Positions 38,085 to 52,484 of a stretch of DNA of 64,000 nucleotides are shown here, one piece after another. The DNA is from Octopus bimaculoides (Eukaryota): NCBI RefSeq assembly GCF_001194135.2, contig NC_068981.1, positions 172,795,960 through 172,859,959 on the forward strand, written 5' to 3'. The notes beneath the pieces were generated by a model. It had not been told where the DNA came from, ran no database searches, and worked only from the letters and a program-made list of their open reading frames with translations. Each line of letters starts with the position of its first letter. Within the stretch, counting starts at the first letter, position 1. The position numbers and the translations under genes are program-made.

Positions 38085-39325
38085 ATTTTCTACTATTTGA
38101 AAATAATATGTATTCTTGTTTTTATACTATTCATTTGATTCTTTATAGATTATTTTAATAGATAACTTATTTAACACTATATTATTTAGAAGTTATAGTT
38201 TCATTTCAACATAATATTAGAACTTCGATTGGAATAGTGTTGATATATTTTCGATTATTTTTGATTAATATTATTTGATTAATTACTAATCTTTATAGTT
38301 TATAATNNNNNNNNNNNNNNNNNNNNNNNNNNNNNNNNNNNNNNNNNNNNNNNNNNNNNNNNNNNNNNNNNNNNNNNNNNNNNNNNNNNNNNNNNNNNNN
38401 NNNNNNNNNNNNNNNNNNNNNNNNNNNNNNNNNNNNNNNNNNNNNNNNNNNNNNNNNNNNNNNNNNNNNNNNNNNNNNNNNNNNNNNNNNNNNNNNNNNN
38501 NNNNNNNNNNNNNNNNNNNNNNNNNNNNNNNNNNNNNNNNNNNNNNNNNNNNNNNNNNNNNNNNNNNNNNNNNNNNNNNNNNNNNNNNNNNNNNNNNNNN
38601 NNNNNNNNNNNNNNNNNNNNNNNNNNNNNNNNNNNNNNNNNNNNNNNNNNNNNNNNNNNNNNNNNNNNNNNNNNNNNNNNNNNNNNNNNNNNNNNNNNNN
38701 NNNNNNNNNNNNNNNNNNNNNNNNNNNNNNNNNNNNNNNNNNNNNNNNNNNNNNNNNNNNNNNNNNNNNNNNNNNNNNNNNNNNNNNNNNNNNNNNNNNN
38801 NNNNNNNNNNNNNNNNNNNNNNNNNNNNNNNNNNNNNNNNNNNNNNNNNNNNNNNNNNNNNNNNNNNNNNNNNNNNNNNNNNNNNNNNNNNNNNNNNNNN
38901 NNNNNNNNNNNNNNNNNNNNNNNNNNNNNNNNNNNNNNNNNNNNNNNNNNNNNNNNNNNNNNNNNNNNNNNNNNNNNNNNNNNNNNNNNNNNNNNNNNNN
39001 NNNNNNNNNNNNNNNNNNNNNNNNNNNNNNNNNNNNNNNNNNNNNNNNNNNNNNNNNNNNNNATTCATCTTATGATATTTACTTTACTTTATATTATACT
39101 CATTTATTGTGCTTTTAATTATTAATTTTTCTATATGTGATGGTGAATTTTCATCGATGAGTTCTTGAAAATTGGTTATTTTCCCTAAAACTATATATAT
39201 TTTATATATACTTTATTTATAAGGCTCAATTTAATTTTAATTTTTTATAAATTGATTTTAATTGAGTTTTTTACCTGTAATTTTGGATTTTGTCCCTAAT
39301 AATATTATATATATATATATATATA

Positions 39326-40100
39326 CACGAGGTCTGATCAATAAATATCTGGCCTGTTGCCTCTAATAATGCTTTAGCACACAGTGAAGCTGTTTGGCAC
39401 AGATTGACTTTGACCTCTACTGTGCATGCGCACTAAGTTTTAATGTTCTAGCTCACTTCCACAGTACTTCAAAGTAATGTGATCATCGCATTGACCATGA
39501 CAGAGAAAGTTATGGCGAAACCTGCTCAGAGGCCTATGCAAAGTTCCAGAAAGTATATGAAGAGGAGTATATGAGCTGCACACAAGTGTATGAATGATTC
39601 AGACGTTTCCCAGATGGCCGAAAAAATGTTGATAGTGACAAACATTCTGGCAAACCTGAAACCAGCAGAACTGAGGAAAACATCGCAGATGTGAGGGGAA
39701 ATCGTTGAATCACCATCCGTGAGTTATCAGAGGATGTGCAGATTAGTTACAGTTCAGTATCACTGAAGATTTGGGTATGAGACATATGTCTGCCAAGTTT
39801 GTGCCCAAACTACTTTGAGCTGACCAAAAAGACACACAGGTTTCAGTTGCACAAACTCTCCTTGTGTCAAGAATGGTGAAAACTTTGCATAGGCCTCTGA
39901 GCAGGTTATCACCAAGCTTTTGGCGAAATTTGATACAAATTGTCTTCTCAACTCTCTTTGTCATGGTCAGTGTGACTAACACATCCTACACATTACTTCC
40001 AAGCACTGCTGCAAACAGCAAAAGTGAGCTAGAATGTTAAAATTTAGTGCACATGCACAGCAGAGTTCAAGGTCAATCTGTGCCAAGTGGCTTCACTTTG
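39326..40100 (+). mobile_element. Mariner (Tc1/mariner) derivative: 5' end with transposase HTH remnant plus an inverted copy of the 5' region
   Basis: TA|CACGAGGTCTGATCAATAAATATC TIR-like end. Remnant SEAYAKFQKVYEEEYMSCTQVYE*FRRF.DGR...SG.P.TSRTEENI...ITIREL...LGMRHMSAKFVPKLL. 39876-40100 is the reverse complement of the element's ~39375-39545. Confidence 0.85.
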
Positions 40101-40292
40101 CACATACACTCTCACACACACAGTATCTAAAGCATACATACAGGCATATATTTGTATCTAAGAAGTCTAATATTTTCACTCTTTTTGCACTTTGCCCAAA
40201 TCTATCTCTGTTGTGGATTGAAGACTGAAATCTTTTAAGTGTCTTCTGTATTTATTTGTGTATATACATGCACTCACACATTTTGTTTACAG

Positions 40293-40390
40293 GGTCTTTT
40301 TGCTCGAAGAAGAATGCTGTTATTAACTGAAGGACCTCATCTATACTATGTAGACCCTGTAAATAAAGTCCTTAAAGGAGAAATACCATG
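40293..40390 (+). CDS. PDPK1: PDK1 PH-domain exon [32 protein letters not shown](W)
   Basis: ttttgtttacag acceptor, TG|GTAGGT donor, phase 0-2. Nearly identical to vertebrate PDK1. Confidence 0.97.
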
Positions 40391-41062
40391 GTAGGTCATG
40401 TTACTGCAAGAATTTTTCCCTTATTACTTTTAACATGTGTAGCAGATGTGGTCGAGTAGATTTGTAGGGGAAGTAACCTACAACCTAGTTTCCATTCCTA
40501 GTTGGATGATATTCTATATTTTATTTGGAAGTTGGAGCACTCTTTAAATGGTTATCTTTATTGCTGAATACCCTTGCAAATTGAGTTTGGAAGTTTATAT
40601 ATTGGCACAGTGTGGCATACCAGGACACTTAACCCTGTTCTCCTAGTGTGAACTTGGAGAACAATTACTTATTTGGATGTTTTGTTCATTTGCAGTACCA
40701 CTTCTTTTGGTATACAACTTGAAATAGTATTAGCTCTCTCCAGCTAACCTGTACCAGACATAGAAAGGTGGCATAATCTGTAAAGTTTCTTGATAACCAA
40801 TGTACTCAGTCAGACTGGCTGGGTTAAGTTGGTAAACCATTGAAATGAGCAATATGGTTAAGAGTTCATATTAAACTAGGAATTGGCTGACTGACAGAAC
40901 GACTGTTAGCTCAACTTATTTGAAGTAAGGAAGCTGTAAAATTAATCACATCTCCAAAAAAAAGTTATCATCCTATCTCTTCTAGTTTGGAAAAATGTTA
41001 TTTGCCCTCATCTGCAATTGAAGCTCACATCATTAATTACTAATTTATAATCCTTTATCTAG

Positions 41063-41117
41063 GTCAGAAGAATTAAAACCAGAAGCTAAAAACTTCAAGA
41101 TCTATTTTGTACATACA
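41063..41117 (+). CDS. PDPK1: PDK1 PH-domain exon SEELKPEAKNFKIYFVHT
   Basis: cctttatctag acceptor, ACA|GTAAGT donor, phase 2-0. Confidence 0.95.
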
Positions 41118-42129
41118 GTAAGTAGATCTTAATCAATTGGATTTTGCTTGTGATATCAGCTATGTATGTTTCCTTATTGTTCTCTAAAATAATTTTACTT
41201 TGGGCCTCCATTTTCATAAATTAAGTTTCACAACTTCATCAGATTCTGAAGAATATATTATAGGAAATAACATTAGACTTAGTGGCTTCAGTCTCATCTT
41301 TTCTCAAATACAATTGAGCCAACATTGCTTCCATCCCTCCAGGGTTGGTAAAATAAGAATTAGTTAACCTTTTTGATAATAATCAGCCTAAGACTGCCCT
41401 TGATTCTATGATACAAACTTCCTGTTTTAAATTAAAATTTCATCAAGATTTTGTGTTAACATTCCAAACAAGGTAATAATGAGTTATTTTACTAAATTCT
41501 CTATCTTCAAAAGCAGCATATTTCAACAAAAACATTAAGGACTTAATTCATTTCAGCTCATTCTATACTAAATACAGAATTTGTAGTGCTGAACAAAATT
41601 CTTTATATTCTGATTACAGAACTTATCAAGACTAAGTTTAGCTTTTCATCCTTCAGGATTGGTCAGATTTGCCAGTTATATACATTTTCCTCTCAAAATT
41701 TGTGGGTGATGGCATTGTAAAATAATTTGCCATTTTCAATTCCAGTGCATGACAGAATGGCAGAGAACCAAAAACAAAAAAAGCTGTATAGTGTTTAGGT
41801 ACACTATACAGTTTTTTAGTTGGAATCCGGCTTAACTTTTTCTCAATTTTGTAGTGTTGTTAAAATTAGTACAAGTTATTAATAGGATTTCTTCCAACTC
41901 CTTATGTTCTAAGTTCAAATTTTGCCATGATCAACTTTACCTTCTGTCCTTATAGGCTCATTAGAATAAATTACCACTGGGGTTGATGTGATCAATTAAT
42001 ACCTCCTCAAAATTGCTAGCCTTGTGGCAAAAATTGGGACTTATTAAAAACTTAATATTATCACCTCCATACATGATTACATTTTACATCTTTTTAACTT
42101 GTTCTGCTGTTTCCATTATCTCTTTCCAG

Positions 42130-42231
42130 CCAAACCGCACTTATTACTTAGAGGACCCAATGTCACATGCTCAGGAATGGGTGACCAAGATCCAAGAAGT
42201 GTGGCAGCACTATTATGGCAATAGACATTGA
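42130..42231 (+). CDS. PDPK1: PDK1 terminal exon PNRTYYLEDPMSHAQEWVTKIQEVWQHYYGNRH*
   Basis: tctctttccag acceptor, phase 0, TGA at 42229-42231. Matches PNRTYYL.DP...A..W..KIQEVW. Confidence 0.95.
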   Translation, partial: PNRTYYLEDPMSHAQEWVTKIQEVWQHYYGNRH

Positions 42232-42232
42232 T

Positions 42233-42284
42233 ATTTCTCTCTCTCTCTTTCTCTTCCTCCCTCTCTCTCTCTCTCCCCTCCCTC

Positions 42285-42320
<36 letters not shown>

Positions 42321-42335
42321 CCTCCTCATCTCTCT
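42233..42335 (+). repeat. (CT)n microsatellite immediately after the PDK1 stop codon
   Basis: Direct reading. Confidence 0.9.
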
Positions 42336-45300
42336 CAATAGTTTAAATTTCTTTTTATTACTGTTTTGTCTCTTAATCCTTTTGCTTTCTCTGTTTTGCA
42401 ATAGCCGACAAGTTGGATTGTTGGTATTGTTAAATTTAACTTGAACTTGTGTGTGTGTGTGTGTGTGTTGACTCTGGCAGGTAGGGGAGGGGCTTTGGAA
42501 GTGTGACAAAGTAATTTAGTGGTGGGGTGCACACAGGGGTGGTAGGTAGCTATAACTTGTCATCTCTTCATCCACATATATCTGCAAATCACACATAAAC
42601 ACATCAAATTCCTCCATCAGTCTATCCCTTACTCACTTATCTTCATTCCTTCGTACCTATCTAAGACCAACAATACAACTTTTTTTTTTTCCAGCTGGCT
42701 TTTATTTGCAGTGGGTATTTAGGCATGTAATAGGTACGGATGACAGACAAGACAAGGGCTTCATTACTTTATGCACACTCGTTTCTTTGATAAGTGTGTG
42801 TGCATGTGCATGCAAGCTTGTATGTAAGTGCATTTGTTTACTTCTTGAGTACAGTTGTAACTTCATGGTATGCCACATTATTTCAATTAACAGCTGTAGC
42901 CATTGTGCTTTACATAGTTCTCATGAAATTTGTAGCTGCTAGGAGTGACATTCTAAACACTTTCAGTAGCATCCCAACAGGTTACCGACTATTATTTCAT
43001 CACGTGTGTGTGTGTGTATATATATATATATATGCTTACTGTTCCATTAAGGTAAGATTGACAGTAAAAGTACTCCAACCAGTGAGAGATATCATTTAAT
43101 GCACACAGTATAATGATACAAGCTACTAATAGTTTCTTGATTGAAGACGCAGGTATAAGCAGGTTTTTATAACATACCTTGTCTCCAAGCATGTGATCTA
43201 TTCAATTTGCAAATCAGGAGGCTGGTACAAAAGAAATCACAAGAAACCACAAGAAGGTAGATACAAAAAATTGGAAGGGTGAATAGAGACCAATAAGAAA
43301 ATTAGTTATGTCCCCTTCGACAGTAAAACTATAATAAAGCTACTAATTGTAGAATAATTCAACAAAGAAGGGTCCAAAGTCTGCAAGGCAGCTGCTCAAT
43401 TCAGAGAGAGTGGTGTCCCCCAGTTCGCCCAAAGAAATTTATTCATGTTTGCATCTGGAATTCAGTGTGATGGAATTTCTAGATCTAAAAAAGAATATGT
43501 AATCTCTCAGCTACACATAATTTGCATTTGTTAGATCCATTAACATATTGTGTAGATTTCTCTACAATTCTCCACTTGATTATACATAGTGTGCAGTTGG
43601 TCTTCAAACATCATACATGGCTAACCAACTTAGTGGCTTTACTTTTGTCAATGTTGCTGAAAGAAGATAGGTGGTTTGCATAACATTTTTTGAAATTGCA
43701 TTTGCATAATCAGATGGAATTTTTCTTTTTCAACTTTTTACATCTACCTTTTTCTCATTTTATTTTTTCGTGATTTCTAAGTGTCCTGATCTGCAGATTG
43801 ACCAAACCATGTGCTCAGTTATACAAAGTGTTATAAAAACCTGCCTACACCCATGTCTCCAAACAAACTATTAGTAGCTCATATTTTTATACTGTGTACA
43901 TTAAATGATATATATATACATTTATATGTATGACAAGTACCCTGTCATGTGATGTTTGTAAATAAGTGTCATTGTCATACAAGCAATGTTGTTAGTTTTC
44001 AGTCTTATGTGGAAAAACATGTCTGGTCATGAGAAATATTACCTAGAAACAGGCAAGGGTTGGCAACAGGAAAAGTATCCAGCCATAGAAAATCTGACAC
44101 ATGGGAACAGAAATATTAAATGATGGTGTGTGTTATAATTAAACAGGTATACAACATTTAGTCATCAGTTGGCCATACATTTACAAGAAGCTGCTACTAC
44201 TGCAATACACAACACAATACAAATAAAATTAAACAGAAAACCATTAATACTATAAACATCATAAATGGAATTTTTTTTTTTTTTTCAAGTGCATTAGCTA
44301 TGAAATGATTAAAAGTATCGTTTTAACATCCACTTTTCTATACATGAATGGGTTGGACAGAATTTGTTGAAGCAGATTTTCTACAGCCAGATGCTTTTCC
44401 TGTTATGAACCTTCACCCGTTTCCAAGTGAGGTCATGTTTGCACAGAAATTTGGAAACAAAGGGCACCACTTGTGTGATGGTGGCTCTCATTTACAACAA
44501 TCACATGATATCAAGACAGTCACACATATACACAATGGGCTTCTTTCAGTTTCCATCTATCAAATCCACTAAAGGCTTTGATCAGCCTGAGGCTGTACTA
44601 GACATTTGTCCTAGGTGCTACCATGCAGTGGAACTGAGCCTAAAACCAAGTGGTTGGGAAGCAAGCTTCTTAACCACACAGTCATACCTGTGCCTCAAAC
44701 CAAAAATCGATAACATATAGCACATACAGAATAAGATATGAAAGTAACCTGGAGTTAACTGCTAAGCAATTTTAAATCGAGTACTGTGAATTTATCTGAT
44801 ACATCATTTCATGATTACTTGTTGCCTACTAGCAGTAACTTGCTACTATCATCACTTCAGAAGATGTGGTCAAGAAGGTCAATGGTAATGAACTTAGGAC
44901 AACTACTGTTAATTAAACATAAAGGACAAATAAGAAAATATGAAAATATCTTTAATAAAAATTGTTATTCAAACACATTTGTCTTTCACTACATGTTTGA
45001 AAGAAACTGTTCTCTACAGTTACAAATATAATATATATGAACCACACACAATGAAATTAAGATTTGTTTATATACTTTTTTAAATTGGTAAAATAGGTGA
45101 TGCCTTACACTAGAATTTTAGTTTGTCTTAAGTGTAATTTGAGCTCTATTTAAAATGATTTGGTTGGGGTGGGAAAACTCTTCTTTCTAAACCTAAAACG
45201 AATTTAAATAATTTTTATGAAATTCTGTTTTAGTTCATGAAAATATCTACTTTAACAATTTTAAGTTTTAAACAAAATTACAAAAATAAGAAACAATTAA

Positions 45301-48300
45301 ATCCTTGTTCCTTAGAGCTCCTTCCTCTTTTCCCTGTGTGTATGCGTGCATGTGGAACTTAGTCTCACAGGTTCATACTTTAGCTTATTAAAAACTATTA
45401 GTGCTATGGCCTCACTATCCCACACATTAATGTATTGACTAACTTCTACACATGTTCATAATCAATGTACTTAGCACACTCTGAATGTTTTTATATCCAT
45501 AAAAATATATTTTAATATATCTTAAGGCCATTTTCTTTGTAATGTAGACATATATAGTCAGTTGAGCCCCACCCCCTGGACATTACTGTTAAGTTGGTTT
45601 CACCAAAATTTGAAGAGAAAAACTGAATTTAGATATGATGCAGTCCAGTATTCTTCTGTTGGCCACATGCAAAACTTGGGAGTGTGTTTGTGTATGTGCT
45701 AGCACTGTTTTTTATGGGGTTGGAAGACTTCCATGTCAGTGCACGTATGTTTGCCTAGTAAGCTTCGTTTTTGGTCCTTTTGTTTTTATGGATTAATTTT
45801 GGAAAGTATCTTCAATTAAAACAAGTTTACTACTGCTGGTTTCCATGACTGTATTATTGCTGTAGTCATGTTGATATAAAATATTGTTATTTTACCCCTC
45901 CTCCCTCCTATTTTCCTTTCATCTTCTTGCTCCTCCTATCTCTGAATTTCTTGTTTTCTCTCTCACATATTCACTCACTTTTCCTGCCAATGTTATAGTT
46001 TTCAATATGTTTATTTATTAAAAAAAAAGGAAGAAAGAAAAAGACCCAGAAAAAAAAATTATTAACTTGTGCCTGGAATGTTTAAGATGGTGTGTTCTGA
46101 ACAATGTGGACTGTTGTGTATCTTGCTTCATCTGAGCCTCTAAGTTTGCCATCTTTCACAGATAACTATTGAACCTTTATCTCTTTGTATTCTATTCTTG
46201 CAAGCGATGAGCACTGTAAGTAATTCCCAGTTATCTCTCCTCCACTTACATTGCTAAATAGATTTGGGTAAAAGCATTCTTCTATCCTGTATTTCCTCAC
46301 CTCCAAGTCAGGATTAATTACCCTATTGATGGATGATATTTCTGTTTCTAAGTTCACCATTGACCATCACACTTTGGAAGGGAAAGGAAATATTGCTTTT
46401 TCACCATCTGGACACAGTGTTCTTTGTTTCATACATCACCCTCACAGCGACACCCAACTTTTGTTTTTATAGCCTTCCAACAGTCTTGATATTAATTCTG
46501 AGAAGGGACCCAGGCTGTTCCAACTTTGAAATATTGGTGGGGGCTTTGTTATTTCATGGGACCAATTGAACAGGAGGAAACTCTAAGAATCTGAGATTGT
46601 CCGGATAAAGGTAACTGGCTCCCACCTAACAAGGGTTTCACATTCTATATCTTACTACAGATATTTTACAAAATTGTTGAGAAAGGCATTTTAATGCCAC
46701 TTCTATTAATGTTCTGAGTTCAAATTCTGCTATGATCAGCTATGTCTTTCATATCATCAAGATCAAATAAAACAAAAACAGGTTAATCTATATGACCACC
46801 TCCATCCTACCACCAAACCTGATGTAGATTTAGAATTAGATTGCTTAGATGATTTACAGCATATAGCTGGGAGCCTTCAGTTTTTAGGTTCAAATCCTGG
46901 CTGGTTAACTTTATCTTGCATCCCTCTTGACAAAATAAGTGTCAGCAGTTCACTGTGATCACTTTATTTGTTCCCCTCCTTGTGCCAATGTGAGAAATCT
47001 ACCACTGGGTGATGGATTGATAAAAACAGAGCACTAGACAAAGGCATTGCTGTGTTTAGTCCTGTTTACATGCTGAGTTCAAATCCTGCTGGAGTCAACT
47101 TAGCCTTTCATTCTACTTGGGTTAATGTAATCTAAGGGTTGATGCCATCAACTATATTCCGCATCCTCCTCACCTAGAAATTGGCCTTGTGCCAGTCTCC
47201 TCAACTGTTATCATTGTCAACCAGTAAAGTAGCCGAGCACTTGACTAAATGCATTGCAGTATTTATTCATCTCTTCAATATCCTGAGTCCTAACCCTACA
47301 GGGGTCACTGAAATGAGTTATATACTGGAACCAATTCTTCATCTCAAAGTAAGATTGGCTCCAAGCCAAAAGAAATCATTATCAGGTACCATGGTGCCTC
47401 GTCAATTCAATCAATTATGCCTCCACTTAAAAAACAAAATAAAAACAGTTTTGTTATTGTTGTTCTCATCAAATGGTTTATTAACAAAATACATATAGAT
47501 ATGTATATATAAAGGGAAGATTTTTCAAAAGAAAGGAACAATGCCAGGCTAATCCCTTCTTTTGCTTTGCTATATATTCATTTTGTTATTTATTGTGTGT
47601 GTGTGTGATAGTCGTAACTGCCCACCTCTGGAGTACGGATCAGGCTATCAAGTATGTTGAATTTGTTTCAGTATTGGCCAATCAAGTTGCCTTGCCTGCT
47701 ACAAATAAATATATAATATCAAAGCTCATAGAAAATCTTTTGTTCTGTTCTACAATCTGTTTTAGTAAGTCAGCTTACTTACTGAGTAATATATTCTAAA
47801 TCTGCTTGTGTGTGTGTCTATAAGAGGTTGCTGTCTTAGCTGTCACATTTAATTTTACTTTGATTAAACTTAACCTCATCACCACCTCCTCTACCACAAT
47901 ATTTTTACCAGTCCTGGCTGCATACTTTCATTTATATTTTTATTGTTGCTACAAAGTTTTTTTGTTCATTTCTTTGTTCCTTTTTTTTCTGTTGTTAAAC
48001 TCATCTTGACAACCCCTCCCCATCTGACAATGTTGTGTACCATTTAAATCTCTTTTGTTATCTTTTAATACTGGTATTGTTACTAAAGTTATTCCTCCCT
48101 GCTTTCCTTTCATTTGGTTGATCCCTTTCTCACAATTAAAAAATTTTTTTTTTGCAGTCAGGTCTAGTATCTCTCATTTGCTGAGTGTTAAATGACTAAA
48201 ACACTTGTTACCTTCCAACTTAAAAAATGATGCTTAACTTAGAAAAATGTTATTCAAATACTTTTTTTTTAAACCTTTCATTTTTTTTTTTCTTTATTTC

Positions 48301-49124
48301 ACTTCATTTATAACCAATTAAAATCCTCACCTATTTTTGCAACAATAGTTTTTCCTTTATTTTTCTTGTTTCTTCAAATCACTTCATTTCTGTATCAGCT
48401 TTATTCTTACAGTTCCAAATTATTTATTATTTTGTGTTTTAATAACGGTAGGGTGCTGTTCTACAACAGTAAGATCAAAGAAAGCCCAGTCTAGATAATT
48501 TTAATTCCCACTTGGAATCCTGTTTTTGGTTTTTATTCCTTAAAGACCATAAATCTTTTTCTTCTCTCTTTAAGGCTCCAAAGTGACATGTTTTGTAAAG
48601 AATCCTAACTTTTTTTAAACCTTACTTCAGCAGAATTACTGGTTTATTAAACAATACTGCTTGATTAATCATGTAAAAATCTGTATCAGAGGGCAATTAC
48701 AGCTTACATGTCTAATTAAGTTTCACTCCTGCTGCTTATGTCTACTGAAGTGTTTTGGTTTAAGCTTTAATAGCAGGAAGGTTACCATATTCCAAATGAA
48801 AGTTTTCAATCTGACTAATGATTCTGCCAACCCAGCAATGTAAATCTAACAATAATAATCCTACCACCACAACAATCCAATTTTGTTGCTAATTGAAGTG
48901 AGAAATAACATTTTAACATTATGTAGATACTTTTGGTTTTCTGAATTAGTTGTCCTCTTCCATAATATTTATATTCATTTGGCTGGCTTACTAGCCAGCT
49001 AAATTAAAAGTCAAGAATTTGTTAAAAATATGCAGCCACCCACTCTCTTCTTATTTATCCAAATCACATCTTTCAGTAAAGACTACCCCTATACAAGCAC
49101 AGAAAAAATGGACATAAAGTGATG

Positions 49125-49166
<42 letters not shown>

Positions 49167-52100
49167 CACAGAGACCAGAATTGTTTTCACTATTTAATGA
49201 AGGGGTGGAAAAAAAACCTAAATGACATAGCTTACCAATATTACCTTTTTGCTTCTTTTGATGTTAACCTGGACATCTTTCTGGTGATTTTGTAAGGGTC
49301 AGAAATTTTCCTAATGTGACTAACATTGAAGTAGTCTGACAAGACAAATGGCAAATAATTTACATTTTTAAACTTTGAAATCTTAAGTAGAGGAAAATTT
49401 CAGGTTTTGCATTTAGCTTCAAACTTTTTATTATTATTTTTTTTTAATGGAAAGAAGAACCTTAGATACTGAGATAACAGAGATTATTTTAAAACCTACA
49501 TTTAAGTTTTACTTTTTATTTCAGTTGAATCTGCTAAATTCAGTACCAATTGACTGTAATGATTAGCACTTCTCCTACCCACCCACTCTCATATTTTGAT
49601 AAAATATTTGTTAGTTATTTCAGGTGCCATTCTTTCTAAAGCAGTGGTAACTTTGAGAAATTATCCTCTTACTCCACTTCTAAATGTTTCTCATTGAAGC
49701 ATTTTGATATTTTAAAGAAAGAAAACCTAATTATTTCTCTGGAAATGTTGAAATTAGTTTAAGCTATTGCTTAGATGGAAAACTATTTAAATAGTTTTTG
49801 AAATACATCATGTTACTTTGGTTCCTTTTTAACATAAAATGAAAATACCCTCACCCTCCCTTGTGTACCACCAATCAACTGGGCTTTATCATTGATTCTG
49901 AATGTGGGTGTGTGAGTACAGGTGAACAGGTGGTGTGATGGTGATTTCTTGCTGTACTCTTTGAATGTAAATAATTTTGTAGTGAAATCAATGTTCTGTA
50001 AATTATAACAGCTATTCTGATCTTAGAACTGTGATAAGATACCACCTAAACATACTGTTATATCCTTTCTCACTTCCAGAACCTTCCACCTCATTCCGAA
50101 TTGCTTCAAAAAAATGTTGAAAAATAAAATATCAAAAATGACTTTTTTTTTTCTTTTTAAGTCTAAGGATTATACATTCCCTTTCNNNNNNNNNNATTCT
50201 AGGCCTCACTCTTGTTCTACACTACCACATGGTTTGGTCTTATAATTCCATACCTCACCCCCCATCTCAGTGTAGATAAGACCCTAATTACAAAAAAAAA
50301 AACCCACCCCATTTTCCCCTCAGTTTAGTTGAGTAACATGAACAATAAAAACAAAAATCAGCTAAACTGCAAGTATTCTCTCTGTTCTGTATTACTTGCC
50401 TTGCTGACTAAAGAAAAAAAAATTTAATTGGAAAAGAAAAATTAATAAACCATGGGAAACAATAAAAAAAAATCTGTTTTGATTCAAATTTTAATGTCAT
50501 ATGTTGTAAAGTGTGATGGTGGAGTCTGCTGAAACAGGAATAAACTGTAGGTTTTGGTGTATAATTGTACTCCGAGTCAACTTTTCTTGCCCAATGTTGA
50601 TAAAATAAATCAGCAGGCATGTACTAATGTAGTTCAGAAGTAGTACCCCACCAATCATTAATGGTTTGTGCCAGTGAAAATAGCCAAATGTCCTTCAAAG
50701 GCTAGATACATTGAAAGTAAAAAAATTCCATGGACTTATTTTATCCAAACTAAACATAAGCTTTTGTTGTAGTCAAGTGAGAAGAGCAAGGCAATATGTC
50801 ACTGTGAGAGATATTTCTATGTCATCAATTGAAAGTCAGGAAAAAAAAAACATTGTGGAGCTGAGCAACCACCAGTCACCTATTGGCACTGAAGAGTTTC
50901 AAGGACTGGCAACAGTGAATCCTCTTTGACTTATTTTTTTTAATCAAAATATTTTTTCTTTGGATTTTAGTCATTATCAAGCCAACAGCAGTGTAATTAC
51001 AGCTGTTACTATGTTAAATACACAGTGTAGTGGTTTATATTCTCACTTCCACAATGTTCAAGGAAATTGATATGAACCCTAAATTTTATTCTTTTGAATA
51101 TGAAATTAGATTGCAAGAATATTTCTAGATAGTGTGTCATGAACTTCAGAGTCTCTATTTAAATGGATAGTTATTATAAAGTTATAAAAGCAAACTTTCC
51201 TTTCAACACTCCAGTGACTGACGGTTCCTAAGAGTTCCAAAGAATTTTTTTGTGCTTGGTTTAATGATTTTCGTGGCAAACTGAAATAGAATCTAGGCAA
51301 AATGAGATAGTGGACAGATATTCCTACAAGCAAAGAGGCCAACCCAGCAGAAAAGTGTTGAATGCATTAGATTTTAGTATCCCTGTTATTGGTAGTAATC
51401 TCTTATGAGTATAAAGCTTGGCTGTTAAACACTATTCTTCAAGATTAGACACTCATTATCAAGCCAACAGCAGTGTAATTACAGTTGTTACTATGTTAAA
51501 TGCACAGTGTAGTTTAGATATCAAGAGATAAGTTTAGTCTGGTAACTTCTATATGCAAAAAAATATTTACCATTCTGCAATTACTTCCAAACCAACTGTC
51601 ACTAAATGTTTGTATAATCAAAGCAACACATCCTCTTCTTGTCAGTTGACTGCTCGGAGTACTGTCTATTCACAAGTATTCTTTACACCTAATCCATTTT
51701 TAATGTGGAAACCATAGAACTTGTGTGCCTCCAAAGCCCATAACCTCAAATTCTCAAGTGGTTCACTCACAGCATTACAGATGAAAAAAAAACACCCCTT
51801 TCCTCACGGTTCTGTCCTCTGCTGCCTGCTTAACTGCCAACTCCACACAAAACTTCTAAATTCTTTTCCATTACATACCCATCAAGACAGCTGATCATAT
51901 TCAATCCCTTCTTAGCACATCAGACCTAGTTCTTTATTCATACTCTCTCCAGGAAGTTATGGAACCAATTTTTACCTCTCTCTTTCTCTCTCTTCTGTTT
52001 GGCAAAATACTTCGCAACATCACTAGTGTAAGTGACACAAAAAAAAAAGTACCCTGTACCCTCTGCAAAGTGATTGGTGTTAGGAAGGGCATCCAGCTGT

Positions 52101-52484
52101 AGCAACCATGCCAAAGCTGATATCAAAGCCTAATATGGCCTTGCAGTTTACTGGATCCCATCAAACTGTCTGACTCATGCCAGCATGAAAATGGACATTA
52201 AATGATGATATTAATGTCTTAGTTCAAACATCTTTCAATAGGAATATAGCAATTTCATATCAAATTTCTGTACTTCACTCTTATGAGGAAGAATATATGC
52301 ATCCACAGAACCCATTGCCCTCCCACCACCACCACCACCATTTTAAATAAATACATAAATAAAAATCCAATGGACAATGTCATCCCTAGCATACCTACAA
52401 AATGATGAAATAATCTAAGTTGAAACACCTTAACTTGCTCAATAAGGACTGACCTGAAACATTAAGCCTTGCAATGTCTGATAA

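Noticed and set aside
46160-46600. Protein-like stretches (e.g. GNIAFSPSGHSVL, IGGGFVISW)
   Set aside because: In-frame stops, no splice signals and no coherent domain. At most a decayed TE.
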